Assembly: GCA_033549025.1 (NCBI GenBank)
Contig: JAWSUS010000002.1
Span: 32,001 to 96,000, forward strand
DNA: 64,000 nt
Origin: Desulfuromonadales bacterium
GTDB taxonomy: Bacteria > Desulfobacterota > Desulfuromonadia > Desulfuromonadales > SZUA-540
Direction of reading: 5' to 3'
Shown here one piece after another: positions 1 through 9,719 of this stretch. The translations under genes and the position numbers were made by a program. Below the pieces are notes generated by a model. The model made no database searches, was not told the origin of the DNA, and saw only the letters and a list, made by a program, of their open reading frames with translations. How positions within the stretch are numbered: the stretch's first letter is position 1; each line of letters starts with the position of its first letter.

Positions 1-483
1 GGTCGCCTCCGCCGCCACTTCGGCCCGGGCCGCGGCATAGTCGCTCTCGGCCAGGGCGACATCCGTACGCCCCAGGGCTTTGCGGCCCGCTCTTTTGCCG
101 CCCAGTTCCACCTGTTGACTGAGCATGAGGGTCGTTTCGGCCCGCTGCGTGCCGGAAAACTCGCCGCTGCCGGCGAAATCCTCCATCTCGATGGCGAGTT
201 CCGGGTTGGCCCACAACCCCGCCTGCCGCAGCTCTTGCTGCCGGACCTGAATTTCTTCCGAAAAGACCGCCAGGCGGGGATGGCTTTCCAAGGCCTTGGC
301 CACCGCCGTCGACAGGGTCAGCGCCGCGGCGACATCGGATTCAAGGCCGACGGTTTCCTGAATGGATCGTGGTGTCTGGCCGGAAGCCTGGACGGCGGCA
401 TCAGCCCCCCAGGCAATGGGGGCGATACCGATAAGGCCCAGCCCAAGCGCAGCACCGAAAGCAACCAGAGCCTTTTTGGGCAT
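1..483 (-). CDS. TolC/CzcC-family outer membrane efflux protein (5' part; runs off the window start)
   Basis: Manual translation from ATG 483 (SD GGAGG): signal peptide MPKKALVAFGAALGLGLIGIAPIAWG, then LTLSTAVAKALESHPRL, QAGLWANPEL and ETTLMLSQQVELGGKR, which are typical of CzcC-type factors. Not in the ORF track because it has no stop in the window. Confidence 0.85.
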   Translation of the reverse strand, partial: MPKKALVAFGAALGLGLIGIAPIAWGADAAVQASGQTPRSIQETVGLESDVAAALTLSTAVAKALESHPRLAVFSEEIQVRQQELRQAGLWANPELAIEMEDFAGSGEFSGTQRAETTLMLSQQVELGGKRAGRKALGRTDVALAESDYAAARAEVAAEAT

Positions 484-592
484 GGTTGAACCTCCGTATT
501 TTATTGTTGTTCTCACGATTTAAAGAAGGACGGACGAATCCCACAGGTTTCCTGGGAAACTGAGGGTACCGAGACTGAGCGGAAGGGGTGGT

Positions 593-1045
593 TTAATTCA
601 GGAGGACAACGGTACGATGAATGAGAATGGCCTGGCTGAGTCGAGGGGGTGGATGAGGCCACAGATCGTTGGTGAGTATCTGGACAAAAACGGGAGCGGC
701 AACAACGGATGCGGGCAGGGGAAGTTCGGCCGCGGTCAGATCATCCGACTGCTGCTGACGGGAGGAGGTCGCTTCAAGGGTGGCGGGAATATCCAGACAG
801 GGGCCACAATGGCTGTCCGAATCAAAATGGTTGGCCTCGTCTTCACGATGCTCGGCATGATGATCAGGGCCAGCCTGCAGCTGACGCTTTTCCGTACCGC
901 AGGCACTGGTGCCGGCATATTCCAGAGCGGCACGGCCATCCTTGCTCAGGCACCAGACATAGCCCTGCACACTGGTTTGCCCGGTCAGCAACAAGACCAG
1001 CAGGCAGACAATCGTCAGCAGATATCGGGAAGGAGACGTTTTCAT
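593..1045 (-). CDS. His/Cys-rich exported-type protein upstream of czcC (CzcI/DUF2946-like putative metal-sensing leader)
   Basis: N-terminal hydrophobic segment, His-rich tract (DHHAEH...NH...SH), CGPC motif, C-terminal WPHPPPR...RTVVLLN. Confidence 0.7.
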   Translation of the reverse strand: MKTSPSRYLLTIVCLLVLLLTGQTSVQGYVWCLSKDGRAALEYAGTSACGTEKRQLQAGPDHHAEHREDEANHFDSDSHCGPCLDIPATLEATSSRQQQSDDLTAAELPLPASVVAAPVFVQILTNDLWPHPPPRLSQAILIHRTVVLLN

Positions 1046-1170
1046 TAAATCGGATGATACCCGATGACCGGATTAAAATGCAACCGGCCAGCAAAGGATT
1101 TTATTCACCCCCTGCTTTTTTACGCTAAACTTGCAAGGCAAGTCATCATTACCGTATCGGAGGATTTGTC

Positions 1171-2088
1171 ATGAGCGATCTGATTTTTGAAGAGAGCCGC
1201 TGTAAAGAGCACCTTGAGCACCCCGGCGCCGCCATTCGTCTGCTGCTGGAGCCCAAAGACAAAGATCTCGGCGGCTTCAGCGTCCGCCGCCTGCTGCCGA
1301 CCGCCGATCTGCGCTCCGTCGGCCCCTTCATCTTTTTCGACCACCTGGGTCCGGCCGTTTTTGCTCCCGGCCAGGGCCTCGACGTGCGTCCCCACCCTCA
1401 CATCGGCCTGGCCACCATCACCACTGTCTTCGAGGGAGAGATCCTGCACCGCGACAGCCTCGGGCACGTGCAGCCCATCCGTCCCGACCAGATCAACTGG
1501 ATGACCGCCGGCAAGGGCATCGCCCATTCGGAGCGGACCCCGGCCGAGCTGCGCCGGCCGGGACACACCCTGCATCTTCTGCAGCTGTGGATTGCCCTGC
1601 CCGCAGCCGACGAAGAGACAGAGCCTTTTTTCACCCATTATGGTGAGGAAGCCCTGCCGGTGGTCGAGGACGGCAACACCCTGGTGCGGGTCCTGATCGG
1701 TGAAGCCTGCGGCGTCCGCTCGGCCGTCAAGACCCATTCATCGACCCTCTATCTGGACGTGAAGCTGGCCAAGGGAGAGCGCTTTACCCTTCCCGACGGG
1801 GTCGAAGAGCGTGCGGCCTACCTGATCGACGGGGAGGTTACCGTCGGCGGCTGCACCGTCCCCCCCCACCATCTCGCCGTGTTTGACCGCACCGCCGTCA
1901 TCGAGGTGACCGCCCACCAGGACAGTCATTTCGTGATCGTCGGCGGCGCCCCCCTGGGACGACGGACCATGTGGTGGAATCTCGTCGCCAGCCGCAAGGA
2001 GCTCATCGAAAAAGCCAAACAGGCCTGGCGGGACGGCTCCTTCCCTCAGGTGCCGGGCGAGACGGAGTTCATCCCCCTGCCCGAGTGA
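1171..2088 (+). CDS. Pirin family protein
   Basis: GPFIFFDH, PHPHIGLAT, WMTAGKGIAHSE and LQLWIALP motifs; SD GGAGG. Confidence 0.95.
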   Translation: MSDLIFEESRCKEHLEHPGAAIRLLLEPKDKDLGGFSVRRLLPTADLRSVGPFIFFDHLGPAVFAPGQGLDVRPHPHIGLATITTVFEGEILHRDSLGHVQPIRPDQINWMTAGKGIAHSERTPAELRRPGHTLHLLQLWIALPAADEETEPFFTHYGEEALPVVEDGNTLVRVLIGEACGVRSAVKTHSSTLYLDVKLAKGERFTLPDGVEERAAYLIDGEVTVGGCTVPPHHLAVFDRTAVIEVTAHQDSHFVIVGGAPLGRRTMWWNLVASRKELIEKAKQAWRDGSFPQVPGETEFIPLPE

Positions 2089-2103
2089 CGTCCCCATCTT
2101 TGT

Positions 2104-3270
2104 CTAGCCGGACAGGTCCTTCATGACCTGGTATAGATCGGCTTTCCCCTCGAAACCGATCCCGGGCAGGTCAGGCAGCACGATATGTCCTTTTTCGACC
2201 TGGACGCCATCGGGGAACCCTCCATAGGGTTGAAAGAGATCGGGGTAGGATTCGTTGCCTCCCAACCCCAAACCGGCCGCAATATTCAGAGACATCTGGT
2301 GCCCGCCGTGAGGAATGCAGCGGGATGGGGACCAGCCATAGCCTTTGAGCATCTCCAGCGTGCGCAAATACTCGACCAGACCATAGCTGAGGGCGCAGTC
2401 AAACTGCAGCCAGTCGCGGTCGGCGCGCATGCCGCCATAACGGATGAGATTGCGGGCATCCTGCATGGAGAACAGATTTTCACCGGTGGCCATGCTGCCC
2501 GGATAATGCTCGGCCAGCGCCGCCTGGATTTCATAGTCGAGAGGATCGCCGGCCTCTTCGTACCAGAAGAGATCATAGGGAGCCAGCGCCTTGGCGTATG
2601 CCACGGCGGTCTCCAGGTCAAAACGGCCGTTGGCGTCGACAGCCAGCCGCTCGCCGGATTTCAGGACGCCCAGCACGGCCTCGATACGCCGTAGATCTTC
2701 CGCCAAGGGAGCGCCGCCGATCTTCATCTTGACTACGGTGTAACCCCGCTCCGTATAACTGAGCATTTCCCGTTTCAGGGCTTCAAGATCCTTGCCGGGG
2801 TAATAGTATCCCCCCGCGGCATAGACGAATATCCTGGGGTCGGGTTCTCCGTTGCCATAGCGATCAGCGAGGAGGCGAAAAAGGGATTGGCCTTCGATTT
2901 TGGCCACGGCATCCCAAACGGCCATATCGATGGTTCCGACCGCTACCGACCGCTCCCCGTGGCCGCCCGGCTTTTCATTGGACATCATGCAATTCCAAAT
3001 CCGCTGCGGATCCAGGTTGTCCCGTTCCGGATCGAGCAGCGTCTTCGGATCGGCCTCCAGCAGCCGTGGCCGAAAGCGCTCCCTAATCAGACAGCCCTGG
3101 CCATAGCGGCCATTGGAATTGAAGCCGTAGCCGATAACGGGACGCCCATCGCGGATCACGTCCGTGACGACGGCCACCAGGCTCAGCGTCATTTTGCTGA
3201 AATCGATATAGGCATTGCGGATCGGGGAAGCAATCAGTTTCGTTTCTTCGCGGATATCGACAATCCTCAT
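2104..3270 (-). CDS. tarD: D(-)-tartrate dehydratase (enolase/mandelate racemase superfamily)
   Basis: Closely matches the recalled Bradyrhizobium TarD sequence: IRNAYIDF, GYGFNSNGRYGQG, NEKPGGHGERS, YAAGGYYYPGK, KMKIGG, VDANG, WYEE, ATGEN, IPHGGHQM. Confidence 0.9.
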   Translation of the reverse strand: MRIVDIREETKLIASPIRNAYIDFSKMTLSLVAVVTDVIRDGRPVIGYGFNSNGRYGQGCLIRERFRPRLLEADPKTLLDPERDNLDPQRIWNCMMSNEKPGGHGERSVAVGTIDMAVWDAVAKIEGQSLFRLLADRYGNGEPDPRIFVYAAGGYYYPGKDLEALKREMLSYTERGYTVVKMKIGGAPLAEDLRRIEAVLGVLKSGERLAVDANGRFDLETAVAYAKALAPYDLFWYEEAGDPLDYEIQAALAEHYPGSMATGENLFSMQDARNLIRYGGMRADRDWLQFDCALSYGLVEYLRTLEMLKGYGWSPSRCIPHGGHQMSLNIAAGLGLGGNESYPDLFQPYGGFPDGVQVEKGHIVLPDLPGIGFEGKADLYQVMKDLSG

Positions 3271-3334
3271 ACAAACCTCTCTCTTAAAATGCTTTCCATC
3301 CTGCCGTGGGCTGGCGCCAATGCGGAGCTCCCGT

Positions 3335-3853
3335 TCAGGCGCCCCCTCCAGCCCCCTGTGCCATTCTTTTCTTCATCATCGGTTTGATCCCGCCATGGCG
3401 CAGGATCTCGAGGGGATAGCCGGCAAGGGGCTGGGCCTGGAGGACGGCCCCGGACCGCCGGTTGACCACCTTGCCTGACTCGATATCGACTTCCAGGGTG
3501 TCTCCGTCTTTGACATGGCTGCTGATCTGCGGACAGACCAGCAAGGGGACGCCGAGGTTGATGGCGTTGCGGTAAAAGATGCGCCCGAAGGACTCGGCCA
3601 GAATGGCCCCCACCCCCACCGCCTTAAGCGTGATGGCGGCGTGCTCCCGACTCGACCCGCAGCCGAAGTTGGTGGCGGCCACAACCAGGTCGCCAGGCCG
3701 GAACTTCTGCACGAACTCAGGGTCGGCTCCCGCCATGGCATATCGGGCGATATCCTCTTCCCTGGTCAGCTCTACAAAGCGGCCGGGATAAATCTGGTCG
3801 GTGTCGATATTCTTGCCAAAGACGAACGCGCGCCCCGCTACCGTTGTTTTCAT
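3335..3853 (-). CDS. LeuD/DmdB-like Fe-S hydro-lyase small subunit
   Basis: GKNIDTDQIYP, NFGCGSSREHA, SFGRIFYRNAINLG; start moved to ATG 3853 (SD AAGGAGG). Confidence 0.9.
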   Translation of the reverse strand: MKTTVAGRAFVFGKNIDTDQIYPGRFVELTREEDIARYAMAGADPEFVQKFRPGDLVVAATNFGCGSSREHAAITLKAVGVGAILAESFGRIFYRNAINLGVPLLVCPQISSHVKDGDTLEVDIESGKVVNRRSGAVLQAQPLAGYPLEILRHGGIKPMMKKRMAQGAGGGA

Positions 3854-3866
3854 GCACGAGCCTCCT

Positions 3867-5120
3867 TCAGGGAAGATAGAGAGCAGGATCGACGATTTCG
3901 CCGGCAGCCGCGGCCGCGGCAACGGCTGCCGGCGAGGCCAGATAAATCTCCGCTTCGGTATGCCCCATCCTTCCCGGAAAATTACGGTTGGCCGAGGTAA
4001 TGCAGGTCTCGCCGGCCGTCAGCATCCCCTGATGGGTCCCCAGACAGGCGGCACACCCGGGCGTGACAAAGGTGGCACCCGCCTGCACCAGCGTCTGGAC
4101 ATAACCGAGCGCCATCGCTTCCAGCAGAACATCGCGGGAAGCGGGCACCACCAGAAAGCGCGTGCGGGGATGCACCTTGCGGCCGGCGAGAATACGGGCG
4201 GCCACTTCGATATCGGCCACACGCCCGCCGGTACAGGTCCCAAGATAGGCCTGATCGACTTTCTTCCCAAGGTACTGATGCAGCGCGAAAACGTTATCGA
4301 CGCTATGGGGCGCCGCGACCTGGGGAGTCAGCCCCGTAACATCGAAGTGGTGCTCGGCAGCATAGCGGTAGCCGGGGTCGCTCTCGACGATCTCCAGATG
4401 CGTGATCCCTTTTTCCAGAAAAAAATCCTTCGTTATCTCATCCGGCTGGATATAACAGGTCTTGGCCCCCATCTCGGTCGTCATGTTGCACAGCGCCATC
4501 CGTTCGGATACCGAGAGGGAGGCCAGCAGGGGTCCGGTAAACTCCACCGCCTGATAGACCCCGTAGTCGGCACCCAGCTGGCCGATGACATGCAGGATGA
4601 CATCTTTGGCGAACACGCCGGGAGACAAGGTCCCCTCCAGGTGAATCCGCATAATTTCAGGGACGCGAAACCAGAGCTCCCCCGTGAGGAGGATAATGGC
4701 CATGTCCGTGGCGCCCACCCCTGTGCCAAAGGCCCCGAAGGCGCCGTGGGTGGTCGTATGAGAATCGGTCACCACGACAATCTCGCCCGGCCGATTGAGG
4801 CCGTGGTCGGCAATCACCTGATGGCAGACCCCCTGATTGATGTCCATGAGTTTGTCGATTTGCTGCTCTTCGCAAAACTTTCTGAAGTTCCGGTGATTTT
4901 CCGCCTGAACGATCGTGGAGGCCGGGGCGTAATGATCAAAAAAAACAACGACTTTTTCCGGGGCGCGAACCTTCTTGCCCCCCATTTCCTCAAAAGACCG
5001 CACCGTCTGCAGATAGAGGTCGTTGATTCCGGCCAGGTCGACTCGACAGTTGACGATCTCGCCGGTGACGACAGCCTCTTTCCCTGCCGCACGGGCCAGT
5101 ATCTTCTCGATGGCGTGCAT
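3867..5120 (-). CDS. LeuC/DmdA-like aconitase-family hydro-lyase large subunit
   Basis: DH, GVCHQ and DSHTTTHGAFG motifs; [4Fe-4S] ligands GTCTGGR and PGCAACLG; NRNFPGRMG; start ATG 5120 (SD GAGGAG). Confidence 0.9.
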   Translation of the reverse strand: MHAIEKILARAAGKEAVVTGEIVNCRVDLAGINDLYLQTVRSFEEMGGKKVRAPEKVVVFFDHYAPASTIVQAENHRNFRKFCEEQQIDKLMDINQGVCHQVIADHGLNRPGEIVVVTDSHTTTHGAFGAFGTGVGATDMAIILLTGELWFRVPEIMRIHLEGTLSPGVFAKDVILHVIGQLGADYGVYQAVEFTGPLLASLSVSERMALCNMTTEMGAKTCYIQPDEITKDFFLEKGITHLEIVESDPGYRYAAEHHFDVTGLTPQVAAPHSVDNVFALHQYLGKKVDQAYLGTCTGGRVADIEVAARILAGRKVHPRTRFLVVPASRDVLLEAMALGYVQTLVQAGATFVTPGCAACLGTHQGMLTAGETCITSANRNFPGRMGHTEAEIYLASPAAVAAAAAAGEIVDPALYLP

Positions 5121-5155
5121 TCCGGGTTCTCCTCTTCGACAGTGGCGTGAACGCA

Positions 5156-6223
5156 TTAATCCTGCAGAGCCTGGCAGACGGCATCCGTCACTTCGACGGT
5201 AGTCGCCTGTCCTCCCAAATCGCGCGGCATGACGAGACCGGCGCTGGTTACCTTTTCAATCGCCTGCATCAGACGGTCAGCCGCCTGCTGCTCCCCCAGA
5301 TGTTCGAGCATCAGAACGGCGGTCCAGAAGGTCCCGAGGGGGTTGGCGATACCCTGTCCCATAATGTCAAAAGCGGAGCCATGGATCGGCTCGAACATGG
5401 AGGGGAAGGTCTTTTCCGGATTGAGATTGGCGGTCGGTCCGATCCCCAGACTGCCGGAGAGGGCGGCGGCCAGGTCCGAAAGGATATCGGCGTGCAGATT
5501 GGTGGCGACCATCACATCCAGGCTCTCGGGTTTGAGGACCATGCGGGTGGTGACGGCATCGACCAGCATCTTGTCGGTGGTGACATCCGGATAGTCTTTG
5601 GCGACTTCGGCAAAGATTTCATCCCACATGACCAGGCCGTGGCGCTGGGCGTTGGACTTGGTCACCAGAGTCAACAGCTTGCGTGGCCTCTTTCGGGCCA
5701 GATCAAAAGCGAACTTCATGATGCGACGGACGCCGGTGCGGGTGAACACGGCAACTTCCATTCCCACCTCTTCCGGCAAACCTCGGTGGGCCCGTCCCCC
5801 CACCCCGGAATATTCCCCCTCGCTGTTTTCACGCACAATGATCCAATCGAGTTCTTTGCCATCGCGACCCCGCAGGGGGCCGGATATACCCGGAAGAATA
5901 CGGGCCGGGCGGACATTGGCGTATTGGTCGAAACTCTGGCAGATGGCCAGACGCAGTCCCCACAGGGTAATGTGATCGGGAACGGTGGGATGTCCGACCG
6001 ACCCGAAGAATATGGCATCGAATTTCTTCAGGGTCTCCAGGCCGTCATCGGCCATCATCTTGCCATGCTCATGATAATAATCGCAGCCCCAGGGCAAGGT
6101 TTCGAAACTCATCTGGAAGGTGCCCTCCACCTGAGCCAAGGCCTGCAACACACGGATACCGGCAGGGATCACCTCTTTGCCGATGCCATCGGCTGGTATG
6201 GCCGCAATCTTGTACTCACGCAT
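5156..6223 (-). CDS. Tartrate dehydrogenase / D-malate dehydrogenase (decarboxylating), TtuC/DmlA family
   Basis: IPADGIGKEV, PDHITLWGL, DQYANVRP, RENSEGEY, TKSNAQRHG, SMFEPIHGSAFDI. Confidence 0.9.
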   Translation of the reverse strand: MREYKIAAIPADGIGKEVIPAGIRVLQALAQVEGTFQMSFETLPWGCDYYHEHGKMMADDGLETLKKFDAIFFGSVGHPTVPDHITLWGLRLAICQSFDQYANVRPARILPGISGPLRGRDGKELDWIIVRENSEGEYSGVGGRAHRGLPEEVGMEVAVFTRTGVRRIMKFAFDLARKRPRKLLTLVTKSNAQRHGLVMWDEIFAEVAKDYPDVTTDKMLVDAVTTRMVLKPESLDVMVATNLHADILSDLAAALSGSLGIGPTANLNPEKTFPSMFEPIHGSAFDIMGQGIANPLGTFWTAVLMLEHLGEQQAADRLMQAIEKVTSAGLVMPRDLGGQATTVEVTDAVCQALQD

Positions 6224-6369
6224 TTTTTTACTCCTGAAAGATGTATGAATTCTGGGGCAGGATGATTCTTTCCATCCCCCTTGCTTTCAGCTGCTGCCAG
6301 CTCCCCACCGTGGAGGCTGTTACCGCACTGCAGCAGCGTACATGGCCCTTACGATTTGGAATCGAGTCC

Positions 6370-6840
6370 TTATTCAAACCATTTGCCCGCTGGCAGGGGC
6401 ACTTTGAGCAGATGTTCGAAGACAAAAATCAGCAGAAAAGTCAGAGCCACAGCGATCACGGTGCTGAGCAGAATGTTCCGCCATGAGCCCCGATCTTCAC
6501 TGAGGAACCAGGAAATCCCGCCAAAACCGAGAATACCCGCCACGGCGAACCCCATATAACGCAGAAAGCCGCTCCAGATAAGCAGGACGATGGCCACCAC
6601 CAGCAGGTCGAACCACTGAAACGATGCGACGGCCTTTTTCTCCTCCTTCTCGTCCTTCATGGCGCGCCAGGGGGTGAAGGCCATTACAATGGTCAATACC
6701 ACCATCGCCGCCAGGCAGATCATCACGATATCCGGGAAGATACCGCCGAAAGGCGTCATGTAATCGCGCTGCACCCAGAGTACGGCAACGAAAATCAGCA
6801 TCAGGACAGAACCGAGCAGATCGCGAATCTTCGCACTCAT
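6370..6840 (-). CDS. tctB: Tripartite tricarboxylate transporter small membrane subunit (TctB family)
   Basis: 4-5 TM helices, GIFP motif, C-terminal FEHLLKVPLPAG; follows tctA. Confidence 0.85.
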   Translation of the reverse strand: MSAKIRDLLGSVLMLIFVAVLWVQRDYMTPFGGIFPDIVMICLAAMVVLTIVMAFTPWRAMKDEKEEKKAVASFQWFDLLVVAIVLLIWSGFLRYMGFAVAGILGFGGISWFLSEDRGSWRNILLSTVIAVALTFLLIFVFEHLLKVPLPAGKWFE

Positions 6841-6844
6841 AGGA

Positions 6845-8389
6845 TCAATCCTCCTCATCCACAACGTCGACAGGTTTCCCACCGGAAACTCTTCTCAGCA
6901 TCCGCTTCAGGTGACCGAAATAAGGCCACAGGAAGGAAAAAAGGCAGAGAACAATAAGGACCCACGACAGGGGATTGATGAACAGGGTCGTATAAGGCCA
7001 GGCATACCCCATGCCGGTAAGATAGGCCTGCACCAGCCCCTCTTCCATGATCGGCCCAAGGATGAGGCCAAGGACGATCGGGGCGCCGTGGAAGCCGAGG
7101 TAGCGAAGGGCAAATCCAATGAGGCCGAACAGCAGCATCAGAATAACGTCCGTATAGTTGTTCCGGATGGCATAGGAGCCGACGATAGTCAGAATCCCGA
7201 TTCCCGGCACCAGAAAGCGCGGCGGCAGGGTGGCGACAAAGCGGGTGAGAATCCGCCCGCCATAGAGCCCCACGGGAATCATGACGAGGGCGGAGAGCCC
7301 CAGGGCCAGCATGAAGGTATAGGTAATATCGGCCCGCTCGGCAAAGAGCTCTGGACCGGGCCGCAACCCCTGCAGCATCAGCACGCCATAAATGATGGCA
7401 TCCGGCGGTGCCCCCGGAATTCCCAGCGTGACCAGAGGGATGATTCCCCCACCGACGACGGCGTTGTTGGCCGTCTCCGTCGCGACCACCCCATCCACGA
7501 TTCCTGTCCCGAACTTTTCCGGCTCTTTGGAGGCCCGCCGCGCCTCATTGTAGGCGACCAGATTGGCGATGTTACCGCCGGCTCCCGGCAGAATCCCCAC
7601 CACCGTCCCGATGATGGAAGAACGGATCAGGTTGCCCGGCTTGGAAAAAACTTTTCGGGTGGTCGACCACAAGACCCCCTTTGAGCGCTTGTATTCCACC
7701 GCCTGATGGTTTTTGACCCCCTTGAGCACCATCATCAGCAATTCGGGGACGCAGAACAGGCCGATGAGCATGACTATCAGATTAAAACCACCCTGAAGGG
7801 CAGGCTCACCAAAGGTAAATCGAACGTCGCCCCCGATCGGCGCGATGCCGATGGTCGAAATCAACACCCCGAAGGCCGCCCCCGTCATCCCCTTGAGAAA
7901 AGAACCCGCCGCCAGACTTGAGATGATGGTCAATCCGAACACGCCCACCCAGAAATATTCGGCCGGCCCGAAACGCAGAGCCAGCTCGGCCAGGGGCGGA
8001 CTGAGAAAAATCAGGGCGACAACACCGACGATGCCGCCAAAGGCCGAACCAAGGGTCGCGCCGACAATCGCCTCTTCCCCGCGCCCCTGCCTGGCCATGG
8101 GATAGCCGTCAAAGGTGGTTCCTATGGAGCTGGGGGTGCCCGGCGTATTGATGAGAATGGCGCTAAAGGCCCCCCCATAAATGCATCCCATATAGATCGC
8201 ACCCAGGGTAACCAGGCCCGCCACCGCGCTCATGGTATAGGTAAAAGGCACCAGAAGGGCCACGGCCATGGTCGCGGTCAGTCCCGGCAGCGAACCGACC
8301 ACCATGCCCGCCACCGTTCCGGCCAGCACGAGGAGCAGGTTTTCAAAGGAAAGGACATGGGTCATACCCACGAGAAGATGTTCCAGCAC
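6845..8389 (-). CDS. tctA: Tripartite tricarboxylate transporter large membrane subunit (TctA)
   Basis: GSLPGL, YGGAFSAILINTPGTPSS, DGYPMARQGR, ETANNA, TLGIPG. Confidence 0.95.
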   Translation of the reverse strand: MLEHLLVGMTHVLSFENLLLVLAGTVAGMVVGSLPGLTATMAVALLVPFTYTMSAVAGLVTLGAIYMGCIYGGAFSAILINTPGTPSSIGTTFDGYPMARQGRGEEAIVGATLGSAFGGIVGVVALIFLSPPLAELALRFGPAEYFWVGVFGLTIISSLAAGSFLKGMTGAAFGVLISTIGIAPIGGDVRFTFGEPALQGGFNLIVMLIGLFCVPELLMMVLKGVKNHQAVEYKRSKGVLWSTTRKVFSKPGNLIRSSIIGTVVGILPGAGGNIANLVAYNEARRASKEPEKFGTGIVDGVVATETANNAVVGGGIIPLVTLGIPGAPPDAIIYGVLMLQGLRPGPELFAERADITYTFMLALGLSALVMIPVGLYGGRILTRFVATLPPRFLVPGIGILTIVGSYAIRNNYTDVILMLLFGLIGFALRYLGFHGAPIVLGLILGPIMEEGLVQAYLTGMGYAWPYTTLFINPLSWVLIVLCLFSFLWPYFGHLKRMLRRVSGGKPVDVVDEED

Positions 8390-8478
8390 AACCGACGCTC
8401 CTTTCAGAAAGTGGTTATGACCGGGCGGCTACCAGGGAGGCAGCCACCCGGCGAAGACCGACGAAGCAATCCAGCAAA

Positions 8479-9444
8479 CTACTTCTTCAACATGCCCAAT
8501 TCACCCAGGAGCGCTTCGTATTCAACCATCTTTTCCTTGATAAAGGCTTCTGATTCCGCAGGTCCCATCGTTTCTTTTTTGAAGCCGTTTTCGTTCATTT
8601 TCTTGATAACTTCCGGCTCTTCCATCACCTTGGCAAAGGACTCGGCGATGTACTGAATCCGGTCGTCAGGCGTTCCGGGAGGGGCCGCCACCCCACGGTA
8701 GGCGCCTTCGACGATGTCGTAGCCCAGCTCTTTAAAGGTGGGTACGTCCGGGAGAATAGCCATGCGCTCTTCCGTCATAATGGCCAGCGGCCGGAATTTG
8801 TCCTGGTACTGCACCGCCATGGTCGAATAGGTCATGAGCGAGCCGACATGGCCGCCAAGAAGAGCAGGCGTCGCCGCCCCGGAGCCGGTGAAGGGGATAT
8901 AGGTGATTTTGATGCCGGCGGCCTTGTTGAGCAGCTGAACGCCCAGTTCGTTGGCGGAACTGCTGCCGCTGCCGCCAGCCGTCACGACGTTGGGATGCTC
9001 TTTGGCATAGTCAATGAAATCCTTCAATGTCTTGAAGGGGCTGTCCTTTCTTACGACCAGGATATTGGGGGTGCTCTGGAAGAAACAGATCGGTTTCAGG
9101 TCCAGTGTTTGGTAGCCGGCATTGCCGCGGGTGAGAGGCTGGAGAACGATGTGGGGGAGATTGTTACCGGCGATGGTATAGCCGTCAGGCTTGCTCTGGA
9201 TGAGCTCCGACCAGCCTACCGAGCCGCCGCCGCCGATCTTGTAGGAAATGACCACACCGTCGGGAAAATACTTTTTCAGAGGAGCTTCCTGAATGCGCGC
9301 AGTTATGTCCGACTCGCCTCCCGGGTTAAAGCAGAGGATGTAATTGAGGGGCTTTTCAGGAAACTTTTCTGCGCGCGCATACATCGGCGACAGAGCCAGT
9401 GTCGTGACCAGGGCCAGGAAAATGCCAATCTTCAGTCCTTTCAT
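8479..9444 (-). CDS. tctC: Tripartite tricarboxylate transporter substrate-binding protein (TctC/Bug)
   Basis: Signal peptide ending ARA; FPEKP, PGGESDITAR, GGGGSVG, PDGYT, IPFTGSG, PDVPTFKELG; start ATG 9444. Confidence 0.92.
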   Translation of the reverse strand: MKGLKIGIFLALVTTLALSPMYARAEKFPEKPLNYILCFNPGGESDITARIQEAPLKKYFPDGVVISYKIGGGGSVGWSELIQSKPDGYTIAGNNLPHIVLQPLTRGNAGYQTLDLKPICFFQSTPNILVVRKDSPFKTLKDFIDYAKEHPNVVTAGGSGSSSANELGVQLLNKAAGIKITYIPFTGSGAATPALLGGHVGSLMTYSTMAVQYQDKFRPLAIMTEERMAILPDVPTFKELGYDIVEGAYRGVAAPPGTPDDRIQYIAESFAKVMEEPEVIKKMNENGFKKETMGPAESEAFIKEKMVEYEALLGELGMLKK

Positions 9445-9594
9445 CCCTTTTCTCCTTTTCGTTGCAGGCCAATAAAAAATGCGGGCAGCACATGCTTCCC
9501 AGCACAGACATCTGTGAGAAGTTCTATCCCCTATCATCTCCCGGTGGATCGGGCCCGTTCCAAACTCTCAACATCTCCTGCAGAAGACACAGAT

Positions 9595-9610
9595 AGCGAC
9601 TTCCGTGCCA
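9595..9610 (-). promoter_or_regulatory. sigma54 (-24/-12) promoter of the tctC operon
   Basis: Minus strand TGGCACGGAAGTCGCT (GG-N10-GC); adjacent to a divergent sigma54 activator gene. Confidence 0.75.
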
Positions 9611-9719
9611 AAATAAAAAGCCTTGCGATATCGGATACTTAAAAATTCAATGTTTCAAGTTGTTTGACAGTGTCGCAGAATCGCTTCATTATGTTTCAAA
9701 TTGTCGCAAGGAGGCTCCC

